DNA from: Chrysomallon squamiferum
Lineage: Eukaryota; Animalia; Mollusca
Length of the DNA: 64,000 nt
Direction: 5' to 3'
Assembly: GCA_012295275.1 (NCBI GenBank)
Contig: CM022668.1
Coordinates: forward strand, 15,872,001-15,936,000
Position 1 is the first letter of the stretch. The number at the start of each line of letters is the position of its first letter. The position numbers and the translations under genes are program-made. The notes below the pieces were generated by a model. That model was not told the origin of the DNA and ran no database searches. It worked only from the letters and a program-made list of their open reading frames with translations. Positions 1-14,500 of the stretch are shown in pieces.

Positions 1-601
1 AGGTATAAGTATGCCTTACATGGACACATGCTCCGACTTCTGCAATAGCAAGAATGTGGCAATAAATGTGCATAATTCAGTGGTAAAACTGCTTTGATGA
101 AAAGTTTATATATTTATATAAACACACACACACACACACACACACACAATCAAAGAGAAAGAAAGAGGGAAAGAGAGAGAGAAAAAAAATATATATATAA
201 TTCATGTATGTATGTATATAGATATATATATATATATATATTGTTCTGTAGATGAGTTTGTATTTCAGACATGACATTTGGTAGAATTATTGTTTGCCAA
301 ACAAAAAAAAAAAAAAAAATTGTTAACCTTTGCAAAAAACTGCAGTATGAAAATCTAATACAGGTTGGATGCAGGATAACATGTTTGTTATCATCTCACC
401 GCAGTGCAAAAACTCTTCAGTGCATGAGTACTGTTTTCTATAATGTGTTAGTACAGTTTTCTTTTAATATAAGACAAATATGCACTGCCTATTTTCTTAT
501 CTTCTGTAAATATTTTTAAATCTTTTTGTGTGTGTGTGTGTGTGTGTGTTTATACACACACACAGACAGACAGACAGATAGATAGATAGCCATACAGACA
601 C

Positions 602-1110
602 ATACTAATACATATAGAGATACAGGATAGATATATGCATATATAATATAGAAATAAATATATAGATATAGATATAAAGATATATATATGATAGATATAT
701 AGATACATAGATAAAAATAGATGAATACAAATACATAAACAGATATAGAAATACTATAAAATACAGATACAGATACATATGTAAAGAGATAGACAAAGAG
801 ATATATAAAGAGATAGATATTGATACATACATAAACAGAAAACTATAAATACAGATACAGATATAAATATACAGATCAATATAGATAAATACAGATATAG
901 ATATAAATATATAGATAAATATAGATATAAATATAGATATATATATATAGATATAGATATAGATATAGATGTAGACAGATATAAATACAGATATAGATAT
1001 ATAGATATAGATTTAAATATAGATATGTAGATATATAGATATATAGATATAGATATAATACAGATATAATATATAGATATAGATATAGATACAAATACAA
1101 ATATAGGTAT
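602..1110. repeat. Degenerate (ATAGAT)n hexamer microsatellite
   Basis: Directly visible. It generates the Y/I/L-rich spurious ORFs. Confidence 0.9.
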
Positions 1111-1179
1111 AGCAAGATATAGGCAGATATCGCCAAAACAACTAAGAAACTGGTGACATGTGACAGCTACTACTTCATC

Positions 1180-1530
1180 ACCAGACTGCGTAATCTCGTC
1201 AAAAAAACGATGCTTAAGACTTTAAGGCCGCACCATGCCGCGGTGCTAATGCGACAACGACTCAATTAGACGAGCAACCGTCTGATCAGACACGCCCGAT
1301 CACCGCGGAGACTCAATTTGCGGGATTCGTGGCCGGTGTTTTTCGATACAGCTCAGCTTTGATGAGAGCAGTTGATTAATAGGAAACATGTCTTCAACAG
1401 TTACTCGAGTCTTTCACCGCCACGACACATCGACACAATCAATATGGCCGTGTATTTGTCCACCAGGGGGCGCTCAGCTCTCGCTGTTTGATGTATCGTT
1501 TGCTATCTGCTGGAAGGCTTATGCTGTCGA
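1180..1530. promoter_or_regulatory. CpG island-like regulatory block with a perfect CTCF core motif
   Basis: Highest CpG density in the left part of the window. CCACCAGGGGGCGC at 1460-1473 matches the CTCF consensus exactly. Confidence 0.75.
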
Positions 1531-3264
1531 ATGTGAAAGTGAATTTTTATTACTTATTTTAAAAAAATAATAAATTTTTTTTTTTTTTTTTTTGTGTTGT
1601 TGCTCTTTCTAGCCTTGTTTGAGAAAAAGAAATTTTATTGAAGGTTTGTTTTAAAAGGTATGTGAATGCAGATTTTTGTTAAAAGTTATTAGGTGTTAAA
1701 TGTGTTTAAAGATTTAACAGCTGACTGTAAGGAATAGTTTAACTGTACTGCACTGTAGACCAGAAAGTACACACCACAGTTTTTGTAAAAACAGAGCTCT
1801 GGCAGGAATTGGAAATTGTTTGAACATTCTGAACATTGTGTATAATGTAGGCTGTACTAATTCTATTACCCACTAACCCTATCCCCTACCTGTTAAAACT
1901 GGAAGTCAAAATATTTTTAATTTTGTTACTGTTATTTTTACTTTTATTTATTTTTTCACATTTTTTTAATTCAAGTCTCCATCTTGAAATAGCACTATTA
2001 ACAGTTCCTGATTACAAAAATAGGTGAAAACATTTTGGCATTTAAAAAAGTGAAGTTTTTAATTTAATATTTTTTTTATAAATTATAAAATTTTAGTATT
2101 TTGCAATCAAGAAAAAAATGGAAACTGGAACAGTATTTGCTAAAAATATTAATTTTTTTTTTTTCTCATTTCAATAATTTTTATGCTTTTGAAGTTAAAC
2201 TTTGTGGTATGCACTGATCTTACCTGTTAAAGTAGAACTGTTTTTTAGAACATGCAGGTGGTTGTGTTTATATATTTGTAGTTGTGTTTGTCCGAGTGTC
2301 TGATTGTGAATCTGTCTACATTGTTTGTAAGTGTTGCTTTTTATTTACTATGTAAATGTGTTAATATAAATGCATATTCATATGTTTGTCTGTGTGTGTG
2401 TGTCTGTACATGTTTCTGTGTATGTATTACATGTGCTTATTCATGTATGAGTGCACATACAAATACACACATAAATTACAATGTTATTTACCAAAATGGG
2501 TCGACATAACTTTCATACACAAACAAAAAAATATGATTTACTATAAAAACGAATGAATGAATGAATGAATTGAATGCTTAACAACACTCCAGCTTGAAAT
2601 ACACATTCTGCTACCAACTGTGGAACCAAAGTTAAAATAACAACAAAATGGTGATTTCACACAATGTTCACCATATTTTTGCACACATACAAAAGGAAAT
2701 GAAAATGGCCATTATGACGTTATTCACCTAAATGGATTCACTGCAGTTTTCACATGCAGACAGAAACTGCTTGTTATGACAAACTGTAAATATCTTTCAT
2801 CCACTGGCAGATATGCTGGGAAGCAGATAAACTCCAAGTTTTAAAGAATTTGTAAACTTAATTAGCAACACCCACAGCAACACCACTATCTAGCACATCA
2901 CTGGTGGCAACGTGCAACACACAGATACCTAACCATTGTTTACAGGATGTTATTAGAGTTATCTCCCCTGCGGATCTCTTTATCATGGAGGCAGAAAGTG
3001 AAAAAAAAAGAAGAGGTGTAAACATCATTAGAAAAAGAGTAAAAGCCGGCTTGTCTTGCTTTATCAGGAGTAAATAAACGGAGATTATCTGGGAAAATAA
3101 ACGGCTAAAATAAAAATCACAGTTTTGAAAAAAATGTGTTAGAATTAAAATGAGGGTTTGATGGAGTCTGTCGCCATCAAGAATGAAAGGGTTAAAAGTT
3201 TATAAACAGCATGAAAGAAAGAAATGTTTTGTTTAATGACTTAATGAAAATGTTTTTTTTGTTT

Positions 3265-4812
<1,548 letters not shown>

Positions 4813-5159
4813 GCATGTTTCGTTTTAGTTTTATCATTTTTCTGGGTGGCAGTCCTGTTTTCAAATATTTTTGACAAATCAGAAATGTCCAGCATTCTAT
4901 AGCAGAAAATTAATCACAGCACATCTGCACTATCTTACTCTTAATTTCTTGATAACTTGCATACACCAAATTCCTTTTTAAATTCCTTTTTAAATTCCGT
5001 TTTAAGTTTTTGATCAGATTAGACACAGAATGTTTCAGACATTTGTGCCTGAGATTAAAGTTTCATTATTGATGTAAATAAATTAAAATATTTCTTATTC
5101 CTTGTTCTGAATCCCCCCCACACACAAAACTCAAATCTACAATCAGTGAATGATTGCCT

Positions 5160-5205
5160 TGGTGCAGGATTGAACCCACATCCTCCCAGACATCAGTTTG
5201 ATGTG
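5160..5205 (-). mobile_element. tRNA-derived SINE head fragment
   Basis: The reverse complement contains the B-box gtgGGTTCAATCCtgc. A close paralogous fragment lies at 6408-6452. Confidence 0.5.
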
Positions 5206-5520
5206 CACATTTGAGTTAATAATTTTTTTTTTATTTTTTAGTTATTAATATTTTAATTTTATATAACTTAATATCTTTTTTTGCTTTGGGTGTAGATCCA
5301 TATATAACATTATATGTTAGCAAAAAACTAATTTTACAGTGTGTATATGGGTGTGGGTGTGGGTGTGTGTTTTTAGATAGATAGATAAATAGATAGATAT
5401 ATATACTCACACAAAGAGAGACAGAAACAGAGAGAGGAAAAAGAGATAGAAAGAGTGAAAGAAATAGAGAGAAAGAGAGAGGTAGAGATAGAGATTTAGA
5501 GAGAGAAAGAAAGATTTACC

Positions 5521-5870
5521 AGTTAAAAATCACAACAGATTTAAGTTCACACCAGTGTATTAAACAGATAAAAATCACAACAGATTTAAGTTCACACTAG
5601 TGTATTAAACAGATAAGAATCACAACAGATTTAAGTTCACACCAGTGTATTAAACAGTTAAAAATCACAACAGATTTAAGTTCACACTAGTGTATTAAAC
5701 AGATAAAAATCACAACAGATTTAAGTTCACACCAGCATATTAAACAGTTAAAAATCACAACAGATTTAAGTTCACACCAGTGTATTAAACAGTTAAAAAT
5801 CACAACAGATTTAAGTTCACACTAGTGTATTAAACAGTTAAAAATCACGACAGATTTAATGTTCACACTG
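5521..5870. repeat. 45-bp minisatellite, about 7.7 copies
   Basis: Unit agWtaaaaatcacaacagatttaagttcacaYYagtgtattaaac starts at 5521, 5566, 5611, 5656, 5701, 5746, 5791 and 5836. No spacers. Confidence 0.95.
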
Positions 5871-6097
5871 TATTCTTTTTCACGACAGATTTATCTTCTA
5901 TGCTTTTTTTTTATCTGCTAGCTTTTTTGGGGGATAAACTGAGTGATAACATTTTGTTCTTTCCCCAGGTTTCTTCAGGTTTTAATTTTTTTTTTTTTTA
6001 TACTTTATTTGTTAACAGCATCTCTACTGAAATCTGTTTAGAAAACCAAGATAGTTTCTGGAGATAGTGAATATCATGTTGTATGTATGTATGTATG

Positions 6098-6149
<52 letters not shown>

Positions 6150-6407
6150 AGGCTGAATGATACTAAGGATAAACTGCTGGGGTGAATGATGAAATTAAAA
6201 AAAAATCTTTAAAATTAAAAAAATTTTTATAGTCTGTTTTTTTTTTTTTTTTTTTCTAATATAATTTAAGCCTCATAAAGGAAAATAAATTATAATTTTA
6301 TATTGCAAAGTAAAATAAAGACAAGGATAATGTCACTGATAGATGTTGTAGATAGCTGCCTGTTTTGATCCTTTCATGTGCAGTTCACTGACATTGGACA
6401 AGTGCCA

Positions 6408-6452
6408 GTGTTCAGAATTGAACCCACAACCTTCCAGACATCACTTTGATAA
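6408..6452 (-). mobile_element. tRNA-derived SINE head fragment
   Basis: cagaattgaacccacaaccttccagacatcactttgat closely matches 5165-5202. Confidence 0.5.
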
Positions 6453-6832
6453 CTTCCCTATCACAAATTATGTCACTTTGATCCTTTTTTTTTTTTTTTT
6501 TTTTTTTCTGGATATTTTTGCATGCACAGACATGCATATGGTCTTATCTTTTTAGCTATATTTAATTTTTAGTTTTATTAAAAACAACATATTGCACGTG
6601 TATGACCAGACGCACAGACACAGACACAGATGTGGACATTTGTTTTGTTGTTGCCTGCTCAGGCTGATTATCAAAGAGATCTGGATTTGTTGTGAGTTTG
6701 CTATAAACAGTAAATAAACATACTGATATACAGACATACACCAGTGTCTGTGTGTGTGTCTGTGTATGTGTCTGTCTGTGTGTCTGTGTGTGTGTCTGTG
6801 TGTGATAAGAAAAAAAAGTAAATTTAGCTTAC

Positions 6833-6870
6833 CTTATATTGTCATAAAATGAAATTCTTTACAAAGACAC
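6833..6870 (-). other. Candidate 38-nt non-coding exon
   Basis: Strong acceptor tttctgttttctttgcAG|G (AG at 6872-6871) and strong donor AAG|GTAAGC (GT at 6832-6831). Stops occur in all three frames. Confidence 0.5.
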
Positions 6871-7503
6871 CTGCAAAGAAAACAGAAATATTAATTTTAT
6901 ACAGTGTGTATATTTATATTTATATTAATATATGTGTAAGTGTACATGTGTGTATATGTGTGTTTGTATACATGTGTGTATCCATGTATGTGTATATATG
7001 TGTGTGTGTCTGTGTATATATATATATATATACACACATTTGTGTGTTTTACATGTAATTATGAAACTACAAAATATCAAATTATGTTTGTACACCACAA
7101 GTTTAAAAAACAAACAAAAAAACAATGTATACATGTAAACAAATGTTTATGAATGCGTGTGGGTATACATGTATTCATAAGTACGACAGTAAAACAGACT
7201 ACAGCAGGTCTGTTTGAACCATGTGCACATTATTTTTAATTAACTGACACTGTGCCTATTTATCTTTGTCAGCTTCTGAAATTTTACCCTAATGGCTTCC
7301 AACCTATCAAATAACAATATTAAATATTTCATCAAAATGTTTGTCACTTGTGGGAATCTGTTGTAATATCAAAAATGTTTTTGTTTTTTTATTCTGACCT
7401 TTGATGATTCACTGGATAAAAAAAAAAAAAAACACCAACCAGTTTGCAGATTCCTGCCATTGTTAACAGAAATTAATAAGTTTTAAATTGATATGTGTAA
7501 GAA

Positions 7504-7535
<32 letters not shown>

Positions 7536-7979
7536 GAATAAAATATAAATGAAATATGCCAAATGAGTTAATTAAAAGTGGAGAATAAAGAGATATGTGA
7601 ACCGTTCCTGTTAAGAAAAATGTGCAAACGAAAGATGACATTTCCAATGTATAATAATAAGTTGTTAAGTGAGCTGTTTGAATTAAGAGATAAAAAAAAT
7701 GTAAATGGAACTAGTTTAAGAATATAAAACAGAAAATATGAATAAAAGAAGTGATTTAAAATTTATAAAAAAAAAATTTGGAAAAAATGAAATGACAATT
7801 TGAAAATTTATCATTTATAAGTTCAGATATTGCTGTGGTATTGGAAAGTAAAATTATTGACCTTAAGGAAAAGATAATAATAAACAGTAAAGCAGTAATA
7901 ATGATATAACATATATCACTGTATGATATCACTGTATTAAGTGTATAAGTTTAAAATATTACCAGTACCATTAAGTAAT

Positions 7980-8680
7980 AAATAACATATCTTAACAACT
8001 GATCACAACAATATTCAATGTTTTCAAAATATTTCCTTGGCATTGGATAATAATTAATGTAACATATCTTTGAAAATCAACATTACTTAGTGTGCAAACA
8101 GCAGTATAATATTAAACATATCTAAAATATATAACAAACATTCAGTACTGGAATATATTTCTAAGGCACCAGACATTTTCAAAATTAAAGGTACAGTATT
8201 TCATGCTAAACTTTAAAATATTTCTTTGGAGGTAGACAATGAAACAAAACATTTCAAAACAATAAAGTTATGGGTGTATTCAGTTTTGTATATTTCTAAG
8301 GTAGGAGACAATGACACAACACACCTCTGACACTTATTCAGTAAAAAAGTTTAAATAACAATATTCAACACAAAAAGTAAAGTTTAAATAACACAATAAC
8401 ACAACATGCATTTGAAAATTGTAGCAGCAATATTCAGTGAAGAAGTTAAAAATATTTCCAAAGTTCTAGCCAGACCTATGAAAACAGTAATATATGTTAC
8501 CCAAAGCCATGGTAATTTTCAATAAAGGAGTTTCAAATATTTCCAAAGCACAAACATAACACACCTTTTGAAAATGTTAACACCATTCAATAAAGAAATC
8601 AAAAAATATTTCTAAGGCACAAAAAACAACACACCTTTTTTGAAAAATCTTAACAGCACTATTCAGTAAAGAAGTTTAAA
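7980..8680. repeat. Old degenerate ~65-70 bp tandem array
   Basis: Recurring blocks aatatttctaaggcac...acaacacacc...ttgaaaat...tattcagtaaagaagtt. The best-preserved pair is at 8520-8680. Confidence 0.65.
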
Positions 8681-9002
8681 GGAGAGAAAACTTTTTTGAA
8701 AAACTGAAACAGAAGAAGAAGAACTGAACACTGATTTCCACACAGATCTTCATCACCAGGACAGAACTCTCTCTCTCTCTCTCTCTCGTTCTTCTTCTTC
8801 GTGGGTACACATTCCTGCAGATTATCTGGCGTTTTGTCGCAGGAGGAATGAGGACCCCCACATGCTCTTTTTCATTGCTGGCTGTCTAATCAGGACTGAT
8901 AACCTCTGCTGTCAGGAAACTGCTCTGTTCTCATCATTCCCTTCTGCCCTTTGCAGCAGCCAATTACCTCGTTAATGTTTGAGAAATTTAGATCAACAGA
9001 CT

Positions 9003-9037
<35 letters not shown>

Positions 9038-9117
9038 ACTCTTATCTGAGTGAGTCGAAATCTTGTCAGTGTCACAGGATACAAATGGTGGCCTGGAACT
9101 TTTTCTTTTTACCAAAT

Positions 9118-9150
<33 letters not shown>

Positions 9151-9554
9151 AAATGGTAATAAAAACATTTTCGTTATCATGAAGTATAACAGTAAAATGA
9201 TGTTATGTGATGTTTGGTTATTTAGAAGATACAACTTCAGAATGATTAAAAAAAAACTTGTCTGTTTCTTATTTAATTTAATTGAGCAAGAATTTGAGGT
9301 ATGACACATATTTTTAGTAATGATTATTTGTTGTTATGTAGTTGGAATCTCTTACTTATAAATAATAAAAATGTATTTGTTATGTGCACAGTTTTGTTTC
9401 GTTTTATGTATAAATATTTTTAGCTTTGTTACATAATAATTTTATTGGTGTACAGTCTGAATTTGTTACATATTGATGTTATTAATGTTACTGGTTTATA
9501 GTCTGAATATGTAAACATTTTTTTTCAAACATTTTTTTTTTTTTTTATTTTTTT

Positions 9555-9699
<145 letters not shown>

Positions 9700-10128
9700 A
9701 GTTTGTGAAAAAAAAAGAGTTTTACAACTATCATAAACAAAATTCATGTTATCTTAATTTGAGTGACTTTTCACTTTTTATTATTATTAATTATTATTAT
9801 TTCTGTTTATTTATCTTTTATTTTTAATTTTAAAAGTTTAAGGTCATTTTATCCATCATTTTTCAAATTTTATTTAGTCATTATTCCTTGAGTCTACTCA
9901 TTTGTCAATTTCAGTTTAGCTTTAAAATGATTAAATTAATTATATTAACGACCCATAAATATTCATTAAAATTTAAATATTCACTTCTTGTTGCTTAGCT
10001 CATTAATAAAACTTTTATGATTTTTCTTATGTGAACACTGGAAGCAAGTTTGAGAAATTTAGTTATGCAGTTTTTAAATTTTTTTAATTCTTTGTTACGT
10101 ATTTGAAATTATAAATGGATGTGCTAAT

Positions 10129-10162
<34 letters not shown>

Positions 10163-10258
10163 ATGTACTTTTGTGTGTATGTGTATGTCTGTGTGTGCAA
10201 TGTGTTCATATATGTTTATGCATGTATATATATGTGTGTGCATGTTTGTTATTGAATG

Positions 10259-10305
<47 letters not shown>

Positions 10306-10609
10306 GTGTATGCAAATCTAGTCTAATCCGAATAATCTATGATTCAACTGAAGCAAGAATCTGGCACCAGATAATCAGCACATCAATGTGGTCTAACAGA
10401 AAATGTCCTTAAAACAAAGACTTTGAAGACTAATGGTAAAAAACAAAACAGCTGTTTATATATTCTACAAGAGGTGGTAGGTAATACCTTTCAAAGCTGA
10501 TAACAAAAAATTAATCAGTCGAGTAGAATCATTTAGTAAAGTTCAACTGATGCTGGAAAATTAATCTGTGTATTCTAGAGATCTAGTAAAATAATCAAGG
10601 CATCCCAAA

Positions 10610-10814
10610 AAGTATCTTTACATAATACAGCAAGTATCTTTACATAATACAAAAAGTATCTTTATGTAATACAGCAAGTATCTTTACGTAATACAAAAAG
10701 TATCTTTACGTAATACAACAAGTATCTTTACATAATACAGCAAGTATCTTTACATAATACAAAAAGTATCTTTATGTAATACAGCAAGTATCTTTACGTA
10801 ATACAAAAAGTATC
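10610..10814. repeat. 22-bp minisatellite, 9.3 copies, with 110-bp higher-order periodicity
   Basis: Unit aagtatctTTAYRTAAtacaRM. Units 1-4 are identical to units 6-9. Confidence 0.95.
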
Positions 10815-11446
10815 CAGTATTTTATATATAACTCTTGACAGGTAATTAATAAATGTGCTCCATTCAAAATATTACTCAGAAAAAACAAAATATCCATTCA
10901 ACAATGATTGATGAAATTTTAAAAATATTCTCAGATATTCTAAAGTAAAACTAGATATTCAGTAATCAGTGGATGGATTTGTTTCAGAAAATTTATTTTG
11001 AAAATTCTGAATAAAACAAAAGCTCTGGAGTAAAGAGTTAGAGAAGATTAAAGTTAAAAATTCTCGAATAACCTTCGAATAAAACAAACAAACTGGGATG
11101 TAAAACATGACAGTGTTTTCTGAAAATGTCACTGAATAAAACAAACTGTTTTATTTTCTTAAACTCCGTAAACAAATCACACTTACTCTAAGTAAAAAAA
11201 AAAAAACATCTCTTTTTTTTCTGCTAAACAAACTTCCATTAAATGTAAACTTAACCTTTTTTCTTCTCCTCCATTTTTTTTTTTTTTTTTTTTTTTCTCT
11301 CTCTTCCTCTCTTTCCTCTTTTCGCTATAACTTATCTGTTTAAGTATTTCACTGCCAAATGTGTTTTGTGTCAAAAACCCTGCTCAGGTTTTTCTCTTTA
11401 ATTAGCAAGGTGTTGCATGATAAAACTGAAAGAAATGGCAAGAGAT

Positions 11447-11638
<192 letters not shown>

Positions 11639-13379
11639 TGTGTCCTGGTTTTCCCAATCTTCGTAAAACAAACCCGAGACTATCTGCAACATTTAAAAGC
11701 TTTCAGAGGTTCCAGATGACATTCCTACAGAGATAGTGGGAGGGTAAAGGGAAGGGGTGTGGTTTCGATAACTCTGTAATTTACACTGAGAGCTGCTTGC
11801 TATTTCAAGACTTGCTATCTCCCAGTCTGGGTTGTAAATGTTAAAACTGTACAGTCGTTTAATTATTTACAAATGTACAGTTTATATGTTTGTCTGTCTG
11901 TCTGTCTGTCTGATTATATGTATATACATATGGGGTATAAATATGTGTTTGTGTGTGTGTGTATAGATATATGTATTTAACTTAGATATCCAACTTTGAT
12001 TAATCTAAATTTTTTTTTTTTTTTTTGTATTTGTTTATAATAACTGATTATATTTAAACGTTTTAAACTGATATTTGTTTTGCAAAAATTGGCATCTTCA
12101 TAAATTAACATGTTATAATATCTGATATTGTGTGAGAATTAATATCACATATGATGTGATGTAAAAAGAAATTATTATTCAGAAATTAATAAGTTAGATG
12201 ATGGTGATGATGATGATTACAGTGATGATTATTATGATGATGAAAACAAATATTTGTTTAAAATTTATCATCTGATAATATATGAAAAAAAAAAAACGAT
12301 TAAAAGAAAAGAAATTATTAAATTTTTAACAAAAACACAGAAACTATACAAATCTACATACATTCTGTAGATTTTAACAGTATGAGTGTATATTCAGAGA
12401 AAATTAAAAGTATTTTAAAAATAACACATTATAATAACAACATTTTTTAAACGAAATTAATACCAGTAGTAGTCACGTTTATAATTATATATAAAAAAAT
12501 TTTTTTTTTTTTTTTTTCTTTCTGACTGCAGGTGCAGGAAATGTGGATGTATGTAAACAAAATACAAAAATAAACACAATTTATCTTAATAAAATATTTG
12601 AGGGAATTCAAAAACGTAAAAGATCTGTGTGAAGTTGCACTACCTGTTTTATGCTTCATGATGCGCCGTCCATTTTGGATTTCTGAAAATCCAGCCAAAA
12701 CAGTTTTGTAACTTCTCTAATCCAAATTTCTTTCTTTCTTTCCTTTTTTTTCTTTCTTTCCGTTTTTCTTTTTCTTTGTTTCTTTCCTTTTTTTTTTCTT
12801 TCCTTTCTTTTTTTGTTTTGTTTTTCTTAATTTTAATCTGTGTTCAAGTTGTGAAATTATAATCTAGATAAATTTTTATATTATTGAAATGAAGAATTTT
12901 TGTTTTTAATGTTATTGTGTTAAACTCAAATAAAAATCAGACTTGGTTTTTAAGCCTTAAGCTTTTAGAAGTGGTATCCACAATAATATGAAATAATATA
13001 TTTTGTGTGATGTTTCTGTTTGTTTAGTTACTTTTTCTGGTTTATTTTTATTTTTCACTTATTTTTCTTCTTTTTTTAACACTAAAAACAGAATTAATCC
13101 AATGCACTTTTGAAACAGTTGATTACTTATTATATCTAGTGTAACTTCATAATGATGAGTAAAATGTGAGTTTATTTTTACTCACCATTCTAAGCCGTGT
13201 ATAGCTGAGATCCATACAAGTATAAAAATTATCACATAGCTGGGTCTAAATTCCTTTCTTCTTCTTATTATTATTATTTTTATTTTTAGTATTTAAGCCA
13301 TGTAATATATTTGAATGTTTTACCTCATTGTTACTGTTTCAAAACAATTACAACTATTTTTTTTTTTAGAGTAGAGCAA

Positions 13380-14500
13380 CCATTTTGATTGTCCTTTACA
13401 CATAATACTCTCATTATAAATACTACAACTGATGGATATTTTCTGTTCCTTCTAAAACAGTTTTTTAATGATGTCTTTTTTTTTCAATACCATTGCCAAC
13501 ACCTTTTTTGTTTGTTGTTTTTTTCCTTTTAAATCTGTTCCATTTTGAAGCACATAATTTTTAGATCCATTCTCATAATATGAATGTTTTTATATGATCA
13601 TCAACAACAGCAGTTTATTTTCCATCTCAAACTGTTTTTTGGGAAAACATAATCTTTATAATACTTAAATCCAGTTATGTCTGTTTCAGCCATTTTTTAC
13701 CACTGTACAATTTTTATGATTTTTTTTTTTTAATCCACATAATACAGAAATCCAGGCGAAAGCTGTAACTCTCTTGCTAAAAACTTTTATTTTTCCTTCT
13801 AAAACTGCACCTTTTATACATCTATACATCTCAAGTCACATGATATTCAAAAACCATTCATGTGTTATGACTGTTTTCCTTTCAAAAAACCTTACAGTTT
13901 TCGGGGTTTATTAAACTACATAAAATTCAGATCTATTCTCAGATTATGATCGTTCCAGTAAAGTCATTTAAAACTTTTTTTCTTCTTCTAATCCACACAA
14001 CAGTCAGAGGTTAATTCTGTTTTTTGAAAAATCATCCTTGACTATTCTGTTCTTCTAAAATCATTTTTCAGGGTCTTAACTTGTGTAATTTTCCAGTCCA
14101 TTCTTGTATTATGATCATTTCAACTCAACCTTCTACAGCTATTTTGTTTTCTGTCTAAAGCTATTTTTTTTGGTTTCTGTATAATAACCCAAATTGAGTC
14201 ACTTGCTAACACAAAAATCACTAAATTTTCCTTCTAAAACTGTTTTTTAGGTGTCTTAAGCCAAAGAGTCTTCCAATCCATTCTCATATTATAATCATTT
14301 CAACAGAATCACAAACAGCAATTTACTTCTCCTTCTAAAACTATATTTTTTTGTGTATCTCTGTAATACCCAAATTCAGTCTCTTGTTATAACTGCAAAA
14401 ACAGAATTACCAACAACTAAATTTTTCCTTTTTTTTTAAAACTGCGTTTTTAGGTTGTCTCAAGTCATACAGCATTCCAATCCTCTCTCTGACATTATGA
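13380..14500. repeat. Decayed satellite, ~180-bp period built from ~90-bp subunits
   Basis: Recurring ttttccttctaaaactg...ttccaatccattctcatattat. Copies starting near 14041, 14221 and 14418 align by eye. Confidence 0.65.

Noticed and set aside
1344-1368. ACAGCTCAGCTTTGATGAG resembles mature miR-2 (TATCACAGCCAGCTTTGATGAGC)
   Set aside because: The seed region is different, there is an insertion, and no complementary star arm upstream can form a hairpin. A 13-mer match is plausible by chance.
1388-1660. 60-aa plus-strand ORF and a donor AAG|GTATGT near 1658 as a first coding exon
   Set aside because: No recognisable protein and no downstream plus-strand exon could be supported. It is kept only as part of the regulatory block.
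5160-5205. Possible tRNA gene (B-box GGTTCAATCC on the minus strand)
   Set aside because: No full cloverleaf. A diverged second copy lies at 6.4 kb, so a SINE remnant is the better explanation.
5521-5870. CRISPR-like regular repeat
   Set aside because: The units are contiguous with no unique spacers, there are no cas genes, and the context is eukaryotic.
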